This document shows positions 20,178-28,856 of a DNA stretch of 64,000 nt, one piece after another. This stretch comes from an uncultured Planctomycetales bacterium (GTDB taxonomy: Bacteria > Omnitrophota > Gorgyraeia > Zapsychrales > JBDRMG01). Position numbers and translations under genes: made by a program. The notes under the pieces were generated by a model. It was not told where the DNA came from. It did not search any database and worked only from the letters and a program-made list of their open reading frames with translations. How positions within the stretch are numbered: position 1 is the stretch's first letter; each line of letters starts with the position of its first letter. The stretch lies in contig CAYZIY010000004.1 of assembly GCA_964478715.1 (NCBI GenBank), forward strand, positions 43,351 through 107,350. Direction: 5' to 3'.

Positions 20178-22334
20178 TTAAGCGTTTTTGGAGAAGATTG
20201 ATTTTTTGATATTGATCCCGCGCCGCACAAAATCTTCATAGCAAATAGGAACATAGCCTGTGGGCCGATAGTCTCCGAGAACCATTCCGTTTTCACCGAT
20301 TCCTTTTTGCGCGAAAACAAAGACATCTTTTAAATCGAGTTCGCCCGAGCTTAACATCCCGCAGACCTCGGTGATACCGGTAATTTTTCTGGTCCCATCA
20401 GAAAACCGGGACACATGAACAATTAAATCAATCGCGGTAGAGATCATTTCATACATGGCGCGGATCGGCAATTCCACCCCGCTTAAAAGCATCATCGAGC
20501 TCATGCGGATCAAAACATCGCGGGTAGAATTCGCATGCAAAGTTGTTAAACTGCCGTCGTGACCGGTGTTCATGGCCTGAAGCATGTCCAGAATTTCAGG
20601 ACCGCGGCACTCGCCGATAATAATGCGATCGGGACGCATGCGCAAGGTATTGATGAACAAATCGCGGATCGATACCCGCCCTCTGCCTTCCACGTTAGGC
20701 GGCCGGGATTCCAAACGGGCCCAATGACTTTTCTTAAGTTTTAGCTCAGCCGCGTCCTCGATGGTAATAATGCGCTCCTCATCGGGAATAAATTGGGAGA
20801 TGACATTCAAAAGGGTTGTCTTACCCGCACCGGTTCCGCCGGAAACAACAATATTTTTCCGCGATAAAACAGCCGCCTGGATAAAATCCGACATCGAGAG
20901 AGTCAAACTTTTAAACTGATGCATCAGATCATCGATAGTGTAACGTTCCTGGCCGAATTTTCGGATGGTAAGCATCGGCCCGCCCAGAGAAAGCGGCGGG
21001 ATGATCGCATTAATCCGCGATCCATCAGGCAAACGCGCGTCCACCATCGGAACAGACTCATCGATCCGCCGGCCCAAAGGCGCGATAATCCGCTCGATCA
21101 CGCTGCGGACCTGACCATTAGAGATAAACTTCTTGCTCGTCAAAACCAGTCTTCCGTTTTTTTCAATATAGATCTCATCTTTATTATTGACCATAATATC
21201 GGTAATTTCATCATCGGCCAGAAGGTCTTCCAGGGGGCCCAAGCCCAGTGTCTCATCGGCGATTTCTTTGATCAATCGTTTTCTCTCTTCGTGAGAGGCA
21301 ATCATGGCGCCGGCTTCCTGAATTAAGAGTTCCCCGACGATCTTTTCGGTAGTGGTGCGCAAGGCTCTGGCTTTTTGGGGGTCATTCAAACTCTCGGCAG
21401 ATATATTACGCAAATCGAGTTTATCAACCAGCTTTTCGTGGATGCTTTTTTTGAGCTTGGATATCTCATCTTGCTGTTTGCTGTAGGGCGTAATTTCTTT
21501 GGCGGCTTCGCTGAGTCCAAATTTCTTCCAAAATTCATCGACCTGCGGAAGATCCTGGGTCGAACGTAATTTTCCGATCTCGGTTCCCGCGACAAAAAAT
21601 TCCGGCTTGGTCAGCTCTAATGCCAGCTTCTTGAACGATTCGCTCACCTTAGCCTTGGGGCTGTCGATCACGCAAGGCACGCCGCGGTTTAATGCCATCC
21701 CTACAGCGCGCCCGTCGGAAGGAAGATGCGCCACAATTTCGCAGGGCAAGGCTGAGCTCACTTCCTGCCAGGCCACCCCCCCGCGGGATTCCGAGCGGTT
21801 TAAAATGATCTTAACCATTTTTAAGGGAAAATGGAGGCTCTGCAAAATATCCAGACTCCAGCGGGTCTGATAAACCGAAAGGATATCGGGAGTGACCACA
21901 AGAAGAATTAAATTGGAATGATCAAAAATCGTCACCAATGTTTCCGAGAAGGCCTTGCCGACATCCATGACCAGATAGTCGTATCCGGCGGCCGCGCTTT
22001 TTAAAAACGGCTTGATATTATCGGGTGTGATCAATCCCACCTGGCGGGTATGGGTCACGCCGGGCAGAAAATCTAAACCCGAAGTGTGTGAAACAACATG
22101 TCTTTTGATGATCTCGGGATTGACGGTATCTTTGAGTTGAGAAAAGAGGTCCACCGCCGCGTAGCGGGGAGTGACATTCAGCATCCGGGCCATGTCTTGG
22201 CCGGCCTGAAAATCAAAATCCACCAACAAAACTTTATGGCCTGTCAAAGCCAGAGAAACAGAAAGATTAACGGATGTGAATGTTTTTCCCACTCCGCCTT
22301 TATTGCTAAAAACAGAAATCGTTCGCGCGCTCAT
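20178..22334 (-). CDS. cpaEF: Fusion protein: a CpaE/TadZ-like ParA/MinD ATPase domain (N-terminal about 250 aa) plus a CpaF/TadA secretion ATPase (C-terminal about 460 aa).
   Basis: N-terminal deviant Walker A SVFSNKGGVGKTFTSVNLSVSLA. The C-terminal half has the T2SSE/VirB11-type Walker A VVSGGTGAGKTTLLNVIS, a Walker B/Asp box (RIITIEDAAEL) and His box (MNTGHDGSLTTLHANS). One uninterrupted 718-codon ORF. Confidence 0.85.
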   Translation of the reverse strand: MSARTISVFSNKGGVGKTFTSVNLSVSLALTGHKVLLVDFDFQAGQDMARMLNVTPRYAAVDLFSQLKDTVNPEIIKRHVVSHTSGLDFLPGVTHTRQVGLITPDNIKPFLKSAAAGYDYLVMDVGKAFSETLVTIFDHSNLILLVVTPDILSVYQTRWSLDILQSLHFPLKMVKIILNRSESRGGVAWQEVSSALPCEIVAHLPSDGRAVGMALNRGVPCVIDSPKAKVSESFKKLALELTKPEFFVAGTEIGKLRSTQDLPQVDEFWKKFGLSEAAKEITPYSKQQDEISKLKKSIHEKLVDKLDLRNISAESLNDPQKARALRTTTEKIVGELLIQEAGAMIASHEERKRLIKEIADETLGLGPLEDLLADDEITDIMVNNKDEIYIEKNGRLVLTSKKFISNGQVRSVIERIIAPLGRRIDESVPMVDARLPDGSRINAIIPPLSLGGPMLTIRKFGQERYTIDDLMHQFKSLTLSMSDFIQAAVLSRKNIVVSGGTGAGKTTLLNVISQFIPDEERIITIEDAAELKLKKSHWARLESRPPNVEGRGRVSIRDLFINTLRMRPDRIIIGECRGPEILDMLQAMNTGHDGSLTTLHANSTRDVLIRMSSMMLLSGVELPIRAMYEMISTAIDLIVHVSRFSDGTRKITGITEVCGMLSSGELDLKDVFVFAQKGIGENGMVLGDYRPTGYVPICYEDFVRRGINIKKSIFSKNA

Positions 22335-22340
22335 AAGAAC

Positions 22341-24047
22341 CTATTGATCTAATCGGTAAACAATCGGTATGCTCAGGGTCAGCTCTGAAAAACCGCTTTT
22401 TTTCGGAAAGCCGTCATAAGGAGAAAGCTCTTTGACAAGGTTCAAAGCATCCTGATCGAATAATTCATGTCCGGAGGACTCCTGAACGCGAACAGTGCTT
22501 AAAGAACCGTCTCTTTTGAGGTGCAGGGACAATTTGACGGTTCCGCTCAAGCCCAATTCTCGAGCTTGGGACGGATAAATAATTCTACGGGCAATTTTTC
22601 TCTGAACTGCCCGGGCATAAGGCATCAATTCGCTGGGGATGGTCACAGAGTAAACCGGTTGCTCCATACCCGATATTCCCCGGGGGGTCATTACTTTTTT
22701 CCCGCTCTGCGGTAAAACAGCCTGAACAGGTCTAATCCGCCCAGGCATCATGATTTCCTCTCCCTTGGCGTACACAGGAGGTTCCAGGCGTTCATCCAGA
22801 AGACTTAGATTAAGAGGATATTCATTGGAATAAGATTCTCTCTCACCCTGACGTAGAATGCTGGGGGATATTGTAATAACGAGCTCGGTATCCGTGTCAT
22901 TCGAGCGGGTCTTTTTGCGAAACAGTAAACCCACAACAGGAATATCGCTTAAGAAAGGCACTCTTTCAAGAGTCTCGCCACGATTTTCTTTAATCAAACC
23001 AGCAATCACAATGGTTTCATTTTCTTTCACGTAAAGGCTGGTCTCTGTGTTGCGGGTTGTAAAAGCGGGCTGCCCGCTGTAATTGGTAGATCGGTCAATG
23101 TCACTGACTTCGATGTTAAGATTCAGTTCGATCGCATCCTTACCGTAAATGGTCGGCTGGATATCGATACCCACCCCGTAATCCTTAAAGGTCACATCCT
23201 GCTGAGAGGCACCGCTCGATGAAATCGATGTGGTCACAATAGGAACCTCGCCGCCGACCAGGAAATTGGCATCGCGGCCGCTGCGCACCACCAGCTTGGG
23301 GCGCGACAAAACCCGGGCCTTGCCTTCGTTGACCAAAGCGTTTAGCGTGGTTTGGATCGCGGTCGAACGGGCAAAATCTCCGAGCTTAAAGATATTGCCG
23401 AAATTCTCGATATGACCCGAAGGCACCGTCTCGTTGTAGGTGAGAGCATCGGTCCAGTCGATACCGAGTGTCTCGCTGTATGTTCCCGTGAGCTCGGTTA
23501 TTTGCGCGTCGATCTGCACCAGATCGTTCGTACTCTCTTGCTTGACCAAATTCATCACCACCATAAAAAACGGATCGATGATGCGTTCAAATTCCAACAA
23601 ATCTGTTGGGGAAACCTCTCCGGTGGCAATGATCTTGCCTTCCTTGCGGTCAATCTCCAAATCAATGCCCTTGAGATTGTCTTTCTCCATCAAATTCTCA
23701 ATACGTGTTTTCACCGAACCCAATTCGCGGTCGGCCACATGGATATCAATAGTCCGCTTCCCGTAGCGATCCCAAATGTAAAGTGTGGTATCGCCGGCGT
23801 TTCGGCCGATAATGAGAATTTTATCATCTTCCATTTCGACGATATCGATGACGCCCGGAATCGTGATAGAAACGCGAAAAAGTTCATAAGCCCGGATGTT
23901 TTCTAAGTCTCCCCGGGTCAGATAAACTTCATCGTCCATCAACTCGGTAAAAGTAAAAGCCTGGGCGCTGCGATGAAAAACAAATACACTGCCCGTCGCT
24001 AGAAGAATCAAAATGCCGATCGTTAAGACTGTTTTATTTTTAAACAT
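22341..24047 (-). CDS. cpaC: Tad secretin CpaC/RcpA with a fused C-terminal TonB_C domain.
   Basis: Signal peptide MFKNKTVLTIGILILLATGSVFVF. Secretin core …PKLVVRSGRDANFLVGGEVPIVTTSISSSGASQQDVTFKDYGVGIDIQP…. The C-terminal about 95 aa …RIIYPSQARELGLSGTVKLSLHLKRDGSLSTVRVQESSGHELFDQDALNLVKELSPYDGFP… matches the TonB C-terminal consensus (YP..A…G.eG.V.v.f.I..dG.v…v..SSG…LD.aAl). Confidence 0.8.
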   Translation of the reverse strand: MFKNKTVLTIGILILLATGSVFVFHRSAQAFTFTELMDDEVYLTRGDLENIRAYELFRVSITIPGVIDIVEMEDDKILIIGRNAGDTTLYIWDRYGKRTIDIHVADRELGSVKTRIENLMEKDNLKGIDLEIDRKEGKIIATGEVSPTDLLEFERIIDPFFMVVMNLVKQESTNDLVQIDAQITELTGTYSETLGIDWTDALTYNETVPSGHIENFGNIFKLGDFARSTAIQTTLNALVNEGKARVLSRPKLVVRSGRDANFLVGGEVPIVTTSISSSGASQQDVTFKDYGVGIDIQPTIYGKDAIELNLNIEVSDIDRSTNYSGQPAFTTRNTETSLYVKENETIVIAGLIKENRGETLERVPFLSDIPVVGLLFRKKTRSNDTDTELVITISPSILRQGERESYSNEYPLNLSLLDERLEPPVYAKGEEIMMPGRIRPVQAVLPQSGKKVMTPRGISGMEQPVYSVTIPSELMPYARAVQRKIARRIIYPSQARELGLSGTVKLSLHLKRDGSLSTVRVQESSGHELFDQDALNLVKELSPYDGFPKKSGFSELTLSIPIVYRLDQ

Positions 24048-24069
24048 AAAGGACCCTCTTTTTGTTTGT

Positions 24070-24906
24070 TTATCTTAACCCCTGAAAAATACTATCCTCA
24101 TAAAGTTCAATCGTTGACGGCTTGGGCCGGGGCCGTTTATCGCTAACGTCTTCTTCGAAGTCGACCTCATCGGGATCCTGGTAACCAATGTCCAGCCCTT
24201 GCGCATTATTGACATAATTCGAAAATGCCTCCCAGTCGCTGGGCGGCAAAATATAAGCACGCGAATCTACCGAGGAGCGCATAAAAAGCTGAAGCTTGCC
24301 GTTTTTGGAAGCAAAAGTCAAAAGACCAGCTTCCTGCGGATCCATGGCGAAGGTAATTACCATCTGATTACCGCTGGTCTTGGGCTTTCCGCTGATTACC
24401 CCGTCAACAGCTAATACCAAAGCATTTTGAAAAAGCGTAAAAGACATTAAATCCTTCTTGGAAGGATTGTAAGGATCGGTGGGAACATAAACATGAGAAA
24501 CAATATCCACTCTGTCTCCCGGCATCACCAAGCCGCCGACGGCAGCCAGGCGATCAACCATTACGGTCACAGCCCGCATGCCCTGCGGGGTAACGGCCGC
24601 CAAAGATTCGGCTGAAGCCATAACGGGCTTTCCCGCCCCGGAATCGATTTGCTTGAGACGATTGTCGAGATTGCGCAATTGATGCGCCAGATCATGATCA
24701 TTTTGTTCCAGCATGCGAAATTGCTCGGCCAGCCTGGCCGCTTCTTTCTCGCGGAAAATGGTGGCAAACTTTTCCGTTTTCTGACCAACGGTGGAATTGA
24801 TATAAATATTCGTTAAAATCACCGCCGCGAAAGCGGTCGCGACCGCCACAATTCCCAAAACCAGCTTCTTTTTATCCAATGTTTTAAAATCAATAGCCAT
24901 GAGCAC
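24070..24906 (-). CDS. cpaB: Flp pilus assembly protein CpaB/RcpC.
   Basis: N-terminal TM LVLGIVAVATAFAAVILTNIYI. Central …GMRAVTVMVDRLAAVGGLVMPGDRVDIVSHV… is typical of the CpaB SAF-like domain. It lies directly upstream of the secretin. Confidence 0.75.
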   Translation of the reverse strand: MLMAIDFKTLDKKKLVLGIVAVATAFAAVILTNIYINSTVGQKTEKFATIFREKEAARLAEQFRMLEQNDHDLAHQLRNLDNRLKQIDSGAGKPVMASAESLAAVTPQGMRAVTVMVDRLAAVGGLVMPGDRVDIVSHVYVPTDPYNPSKKDLMSFTLFQNALVLAVDGVISGKPKTSGNQMVITFAMDPQEAGLLTFASKNGKLQLFMRSSVDSRAYILPPSDWEAFSNYVNNAQGLDIGYQDPDEVDFEEDVSDKRPRPKPSTIELYEDSIFQGLR

Positions 24907-24914
24907 CTTCTTTT

Positions 24915-25871
24915 TTATTCGAGCAGGTCTTCATTCGTTTTAACCTCGATCTCTTCTTCCAATTTATTAACATAATTCAAAACGGCCTGTTGCTGCCTTT
25001 CAAGGGTCAGCTGGTCGATCAACCAGTCTTTGACTTCTGAAAACGGCTGCGGCTCTCCACCCCGTTTTTCTTCGAGTTTAATAATCGTATATCCTTTGGG
25101 GCCTTTGAACACACTGCTGAGCATCCCTTCTTCAAGGGTTAATAGCGCAACCATTAATTTCTCATCGGTGATGTCGGCTTCATTCACATAGCCGAGATCT
25201 CCGCCTTCAGCGGCCGAGTCGCTGATCGAACGCTCCCGGGCCAGCGCGGCAAAGTCGGCGCTTTGCAAAAGCTGGATACTGATCTCATTGGCACCCTGCT
25301 GGGTGGCGGTCACAATTTCGCGGATCTTGTATTCGGTGGGTTCGGTGAAAAAATCCTTGTTTTCATTATAAAATTCACGGGCTTCAAGTTCCGAAACATC
25401 AATTTCCTCAGTAATTTTGGTGATCACTTCCTGGACCAGAAGCGTTCTTTTAAATTCGTCAATCGCCTCCTGAATCCGCGGATCATCGGCTACGCCGCTG
25501 CGCTTGGCATCTTGAACAAACATCTCCTGGCGAATCAATTCCTGAAGGATCAGTCTTTTATTTTCCGCGCTTGCAACATCAGCATCGGGCAAAAGCTCTT
25601 TGATGGCATCGAGCCGTTCATTAAATTCTCGGAGGCTGATCGTCCAGCTGCCCACTTTAGCCAGGGTGTCGGGCCCCATCACAGTCTCTTTGGGCTGATC
25701 AGGCTGATCACCGGCAGCCGGCGCTTTATCATCTGCGTTTTTCTTTAATGAAGGAAAGAAGTCTTCTAAAAATGTCAGCTTATCACAACCGCTTAGCGTC
25801 AAGGAAACCGCAAAAAAACAAATGACCAATGAAGAGATGAAAAATTTCTTTATAGTTTGACCGGATTTCAT
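24915..25871 (-). CDS. SurA/PrsA-like lipoprotein with a PpiC-type (parvulin) peptidyl-prolyl isomerase domain.
   Basis: Lipobox LTLSGC. The parvulin region is …SADFAALARERSISDSAAEGGDLGYVNEADITDEKLMVALLTLEEGMLSSVFKGPKGYTIIKLEEK…. Confidence 0.65.
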   Translation of the reverse strand: MKSGQTIKKFFISSLVICFFAVSLTLSGCDKLTFLEDFFPSLKKNADDKAPAAGDQPDQPKETVMGPDTLAKVGSWTISLREFNERLDAIKELLPDADVASAENKRLILQELIRQEMFVQDAKRSGVADDPRIQEAIDEFKRTLLVQEVITKITEEIDVSELEAREFYNENKDFFTEPTEYKIREIVTATQQGANEISIQLLQSADFAALARERSISDSAAEGGDLGYVNEADITDEKLMVALLTLEEGMLSSVFKGPKGYTIIKLEEKRGGEPQPFSEVKDWLIDQLTLERQQQAVLNYVNKLEEEIEVKTNEDLLE

Positions 25872-25979
25872 ATTCCCTCCTTAAATAAATTTTTTATATA
25901 TAATTAATTATAATAAGCTTGATGACCGAAAACAAGGGCTTTATCACGAATTTACCAAAAGTTCATTTTTTTGGATTTA

Positions 25980-26222
25980 TTAAGCAGGCCGAAGAGGACA
26001 ATTACTGCAATTCTCGCCGGGGCCGCAGCCATCCCCCAGGCAATCGTCAGGACAATTCACGCAGGTCTCACCCGGCTCGCAGCCATTACCCGGACAGCTA
26101 CATTTGATGCCCCAGCAATCGACTAAACAACTCGCGCCGTCTTCATCTTCTTCGCAAACCCAGTTCCCGCATGTTCCTCCTGCTCCATCATGAGGAAGAC
26201 AGCGCCTAAAAAACGCACACAA
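25980..26222 (-). pseudogene. Out-of-frame 3' module of the upstream Cys-rich pilin-fusion paralog. It is homologous to the in-frame C-terminal module of the 469-aa paralog.
   Basis: MCAFFRRCLPHDGAGGTCGNWVCEEDEDGASCLVDCWGIKC…CLGDGCGPGENCSNC aligns with GFPHDGEYGTCGNWVCDPGEDCENCIVDCWGVACNC…CLGDGCGPGENCGNC of 27338..28747. It has no leader peptide of its own and sits 8 nt past the stop of 26231..27298 in a different frame. Confidence 0.45.
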
Positions 26223-26230
26223 AAAGCTTC

Positions 26231-27298
26231 TTATTTGAGGCAGTTACAATTTTTATAATTAGAATTTACGCAAGTATTATAAGACATATTATCGCTAAAC
26301 GTACATATGGTACGATTATCAAATCTTTTGACACACTTTTTCCAATAATAGCTAACGTACAATTTTGTGCATCTATTATCATCAAGGCAATTACTTTTGT
26401 TTCGGCTAGAGCAAGGTGTGGGCTGTGGTCCTTGTGGGGATTGCTTGCAGACAAAAGGGCAAGGGTCAGTCTTACACATTCCAAGAGCATCACAACATTT
26501 TGTCACGCCTCTTTCCCAAATACATCCACGGTCTACGCAATCTTCTTGGTCGAAGAGACATCCACAGTCACATTCGCAGCACTCCCCTACTTCATCGCAT
26601 TCAGGTGAGCAAATCAAGTCTCCACACCGTCCGCAGTCCTGGCAACAGTTGTACGCATCTTCCCCATCTTCACATACACCGTTAGGACATTGCGGCACAA
26701 TGCAATCTCCACTTAAATTAGTAGGCTCCGCCGGAGTTCCCGGCGGCCAGGGAGGGTTGGCCGGGTCAATGCTGGCTGTGTCCACATTATAACTATCTTC
26801 GCCATTGTCCACGCAGCATAAACCATCATCAGCTTCCCAGCAGTTATCCGCGCAGCAGGTATATTTATCCTCTCCGCAAGCCGCGTCGCAAACCCCGTCA
26901 ATCACACAGTTGCTGGCACAACAGTCCTGAGCGCACCATTTTGCGCTGGTGCGATCGTCTTCGTCTAACCCGGAACAACATACATCGCAGGGATTACCGT
27001 ATTGATCCACTCCACAGCCGTCATTGCAGTCTTCACAGCAGTATTCATCCGTGCTGCAGTCATCTTCGATACCGGGAGAGCATACTCCGTCACCGCAAAC
27101 ATCTTGAGGGGTTAATCCAGGATTTCCCGGTTTTTTGATCGGACCTTTGATGGAATCTTCACTGGCATAATCGAAATTTTTTAACAGGGCATTGATGGAG
27201 CGGATCAGGTAAGGGCCCATCAGGATGGCACCGGCCATCACCAGGGTGATGACGGTTGAAAATTCAAGGATAGACTGGGCTTTTTTTCCGTGGCTCAT
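26231..27298 (-). CDS. Flp/TadE-type prepilin leader fused to a large Cys-rich extracellular domain (paralog A, 355 aa, apparently frameshift-truncated).
   Basis: N-terminus MSHGKKAQSILEFSTVITLVMAGAILMGPYLIRSINALLKN (A/QSILEF leader plus TM), then DDCSTDEYCCEDCNDGCG…CCADNCWEADDGLCCVDNGED…PANPPWPPGTPAEP…. Roughly 20% of residues are Cys. Confidence 0.6.
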   Translation of the reverse strand: MSHGKKAQSILEFSTVITLVMAGAILMGPYLIRSINALLKNFDYASEDSIKGPIKKPGNPGLTPQDVCGDGVCSPGIEDDCSTDEYCCEDCNDGCGVDQYGNPCDVCCSGLDEDDRTSAKWCAQDCCASNCVIDGVCDAACGEDKYTCCADNCWEADDGLCCVDNGEDSYNVDTASIDPANPPWPPGTPAEPTNLSGDCIVPQCPNGVCEDGEDAYNCCQDCGRCGDLICSPECDEVGECCECDCGCLFDQEDCVDRGCIWERGVTKCCDALGMCKTDPCPFVCKQSPQGPQPTPCSSRNKSNCLDDNRCTKLYVSYYWKKCVKRFDNRTICTFSDNMSYNTCVNSNYKNCNCLK

Positions 27299-27337
27299 AT
27301 TTTTGAGAAAAACAATCGTCCTAATGGATAGAATGCA

Positions 27338-28747
27338 TCACCAATGCACAACGCATTCCCCGCAATCTTGGGGGCAGGTCGTGCAGCCTTCACCGTGATC
27401 ACTGCGGCAATCCCCGTCTCCGCAGCAATCGGTGCAGTCTTCAGGGCAGGTGAAACAAGTTTCAGCATTTTCGGATCTGCAATCCCCATCGCCGCAACAA
27501 GGATAGTCAATATTTCCATAATTACAGTCTTGCGGGCAATTTCCGCAATTCTCGCCGGGGCCGCAGCCGTCTCCCAGGCAATCTTTAGAACAATTCACGC
27601 AGGTCTCGCCCAGCTCACAGATATCATTCCCACAGTTGCATGCTACGCCCCAGCAGTCTACAATACAATTCTCGCAATCCTCTCCTGGGTCGCAAACCCA
27701 ATTTCCGCAGGTTCCGTATTCCCCGTCATGAGGAAAACCGCACTTTGCAGAAAAACCGCCATGGGGATTAGCCATGCTAGTTACAAGCTGCCCATTTTCA
27801 CACCGCCAATCACCCATGCCCGGCCACGGCCCCTCTTGCACCCAAGTGGCATTACATTCCTCATAAGCTTGATTGCTATAAAGCTTATTTTTCTTAAGGC
27901 ATATTTGTGGAGGGCAACAGTAACTATCATTGGCACAGGTGTTTGTTACACCCACATCACAAAATTTAAACGTTCCATCATCATTAAGCTCAAACGGGTA
28001 TTCGCACCCATCAAACCAATTATGGTAAGGGTTTATAGTATCTCTGCCAGGGTTAACACACACTTTCCCATAAGAACGTTGTTGGCATTTTCCACAGCAG
28101 CAATCATCACTTGTTTCACAGGTCTCCCATTCTACCACGCAACCCAATGGACAATCATCACTTTGATCGGCAGGCTCCGCCGGAGTTCCCGGCGGCCAGG
28201 GAGGGTTGGCCGGGTCAATGTCGGCTGTGTTCTCATTATAACTATCTTCGCCATTGTCCACGCAGCATAAACCATCATCAGCTTCCCAGCAGTTATCCGC
28301 GCAGCAGGTATATTTATCCTCTCCGCAAGCCGCGTCGCAAACCCTGTCAATCACACAGTTGCTGGAACAACAGTCTTCGGGGCACCAGCTCAAGCTGGTA
28401 CGATCGTCTTCATCTAACTCATGACAACAGGTCGGAGAAGCCTCTCCTTCGGCATTGATTCCGCACCAATCACAGTCTTCGCAACAGTAATCTTCGCTGT
28501 CAGGATTGTCTTCTATCCCTCCGACGCATATTTCATCGCCGCAGACATACTCGGGTGGAATAAATTCATCGCTCCCCGGTTTTTTGAGGGGGCCCTTAAT
28601 GGCTTCTTCGGTGGCGATGTCGTAATTCTTTAACAGGGCATTGATGGAGCGAATCAGGTAGGGGCCCATCAGGATGGCACCGGCCATCACCAGGGTGATA
28701 ACGGTCGAGAATTCAAGGATAGACTGGGCTTTTTTTCCGTGGCTCAT
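27338..28747 (-). CDS. Flp/TadE-type prepilin leader fused to a large Cys-rich extracellular domain (paralog B, 469 aa, intact).
   Basis: The first 41 aa are identical to paralog A. It shares about 215 bp that are near-identical at the nucleotide level (28166-28380 versus 26727-26940) and ends with the GTCGNWVC…CGPGENCGNCPQDC…CGDGDCRSDHGEGCTTCPQDCGEC module. Confidence 0.65.
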   Translation of the reverse strand: MSHGKKAQSILEFSTVITLVMAGAILMGPYLIRSINALLKNYDIATEEAIKGPLKKPGSDEFIPPEYVCGDEICVGGIEDNPDSEDYCCEDCDWCGINAEGEASPTCCHELDEDDRTSLSWCPEDCCSSNCVIDRVCDAACGEDKYTCCADNCWEADDGLCCVDNGEDSYNENTADIDPANPPWPPGTPAEPADQSDDCPLGCVVEWETCETSDDCCCGKCQQRSYGKVCVNPGRDTINPYHNWFDGCEYPFELNDDGTFKFCDVGVTNTCANDSYCCPPQICLKKNKLYSNQAYEECNATWVQEGPWPGMGDWRCENGQLVTSMANPHGGFSAKCGFPHDGEYGTCGNWVCDPGEDCENCIVDCWGVACNCGNDICELGETCVNCSKDCLGDGCGPGENCGNCPQDCNYGNIDYPCCGDGDCRSENAETCFTCPEDCTDCCGDGDCRSDHGEGCTTCPQDCGECVVHW

Positions 28748-28856
28748 AAAATAACCTTTCTTTTTTAAGTTTAATATATAAAAGAAGAAAAATCAAACTT
28801 ATTAAAACGAGAATATGAAAAACCAAAAAATATAAAAATCTGAATAAAACCGCTTT

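Noticed and set aside
26713-26901. Two near-identical ORFs (MTGFATRLAERINIPAARITAGKLMMVYAAWTMAKIV…) at 26713-26901 and 28132-28350.
   Set aside because: They are alternative-frame read-throughs of the duplicated DNA block shared by the two Cys-rich paralogs. They are informative as evidence of the duplication, but they are not genes.
27344-28270. 308-aa plus-strand ORF antisense to the 469-aa Cys-rich gene. Similar cases are 23352-23906, 25263-25748, 30445-30957 and 52757-53386.
   Set aside because: These are antisense to strong homology-supported genes (Cys-rich paralog, secretin, SurA-like, histidine kinase, gyrA) and have no motifs. Spurious.
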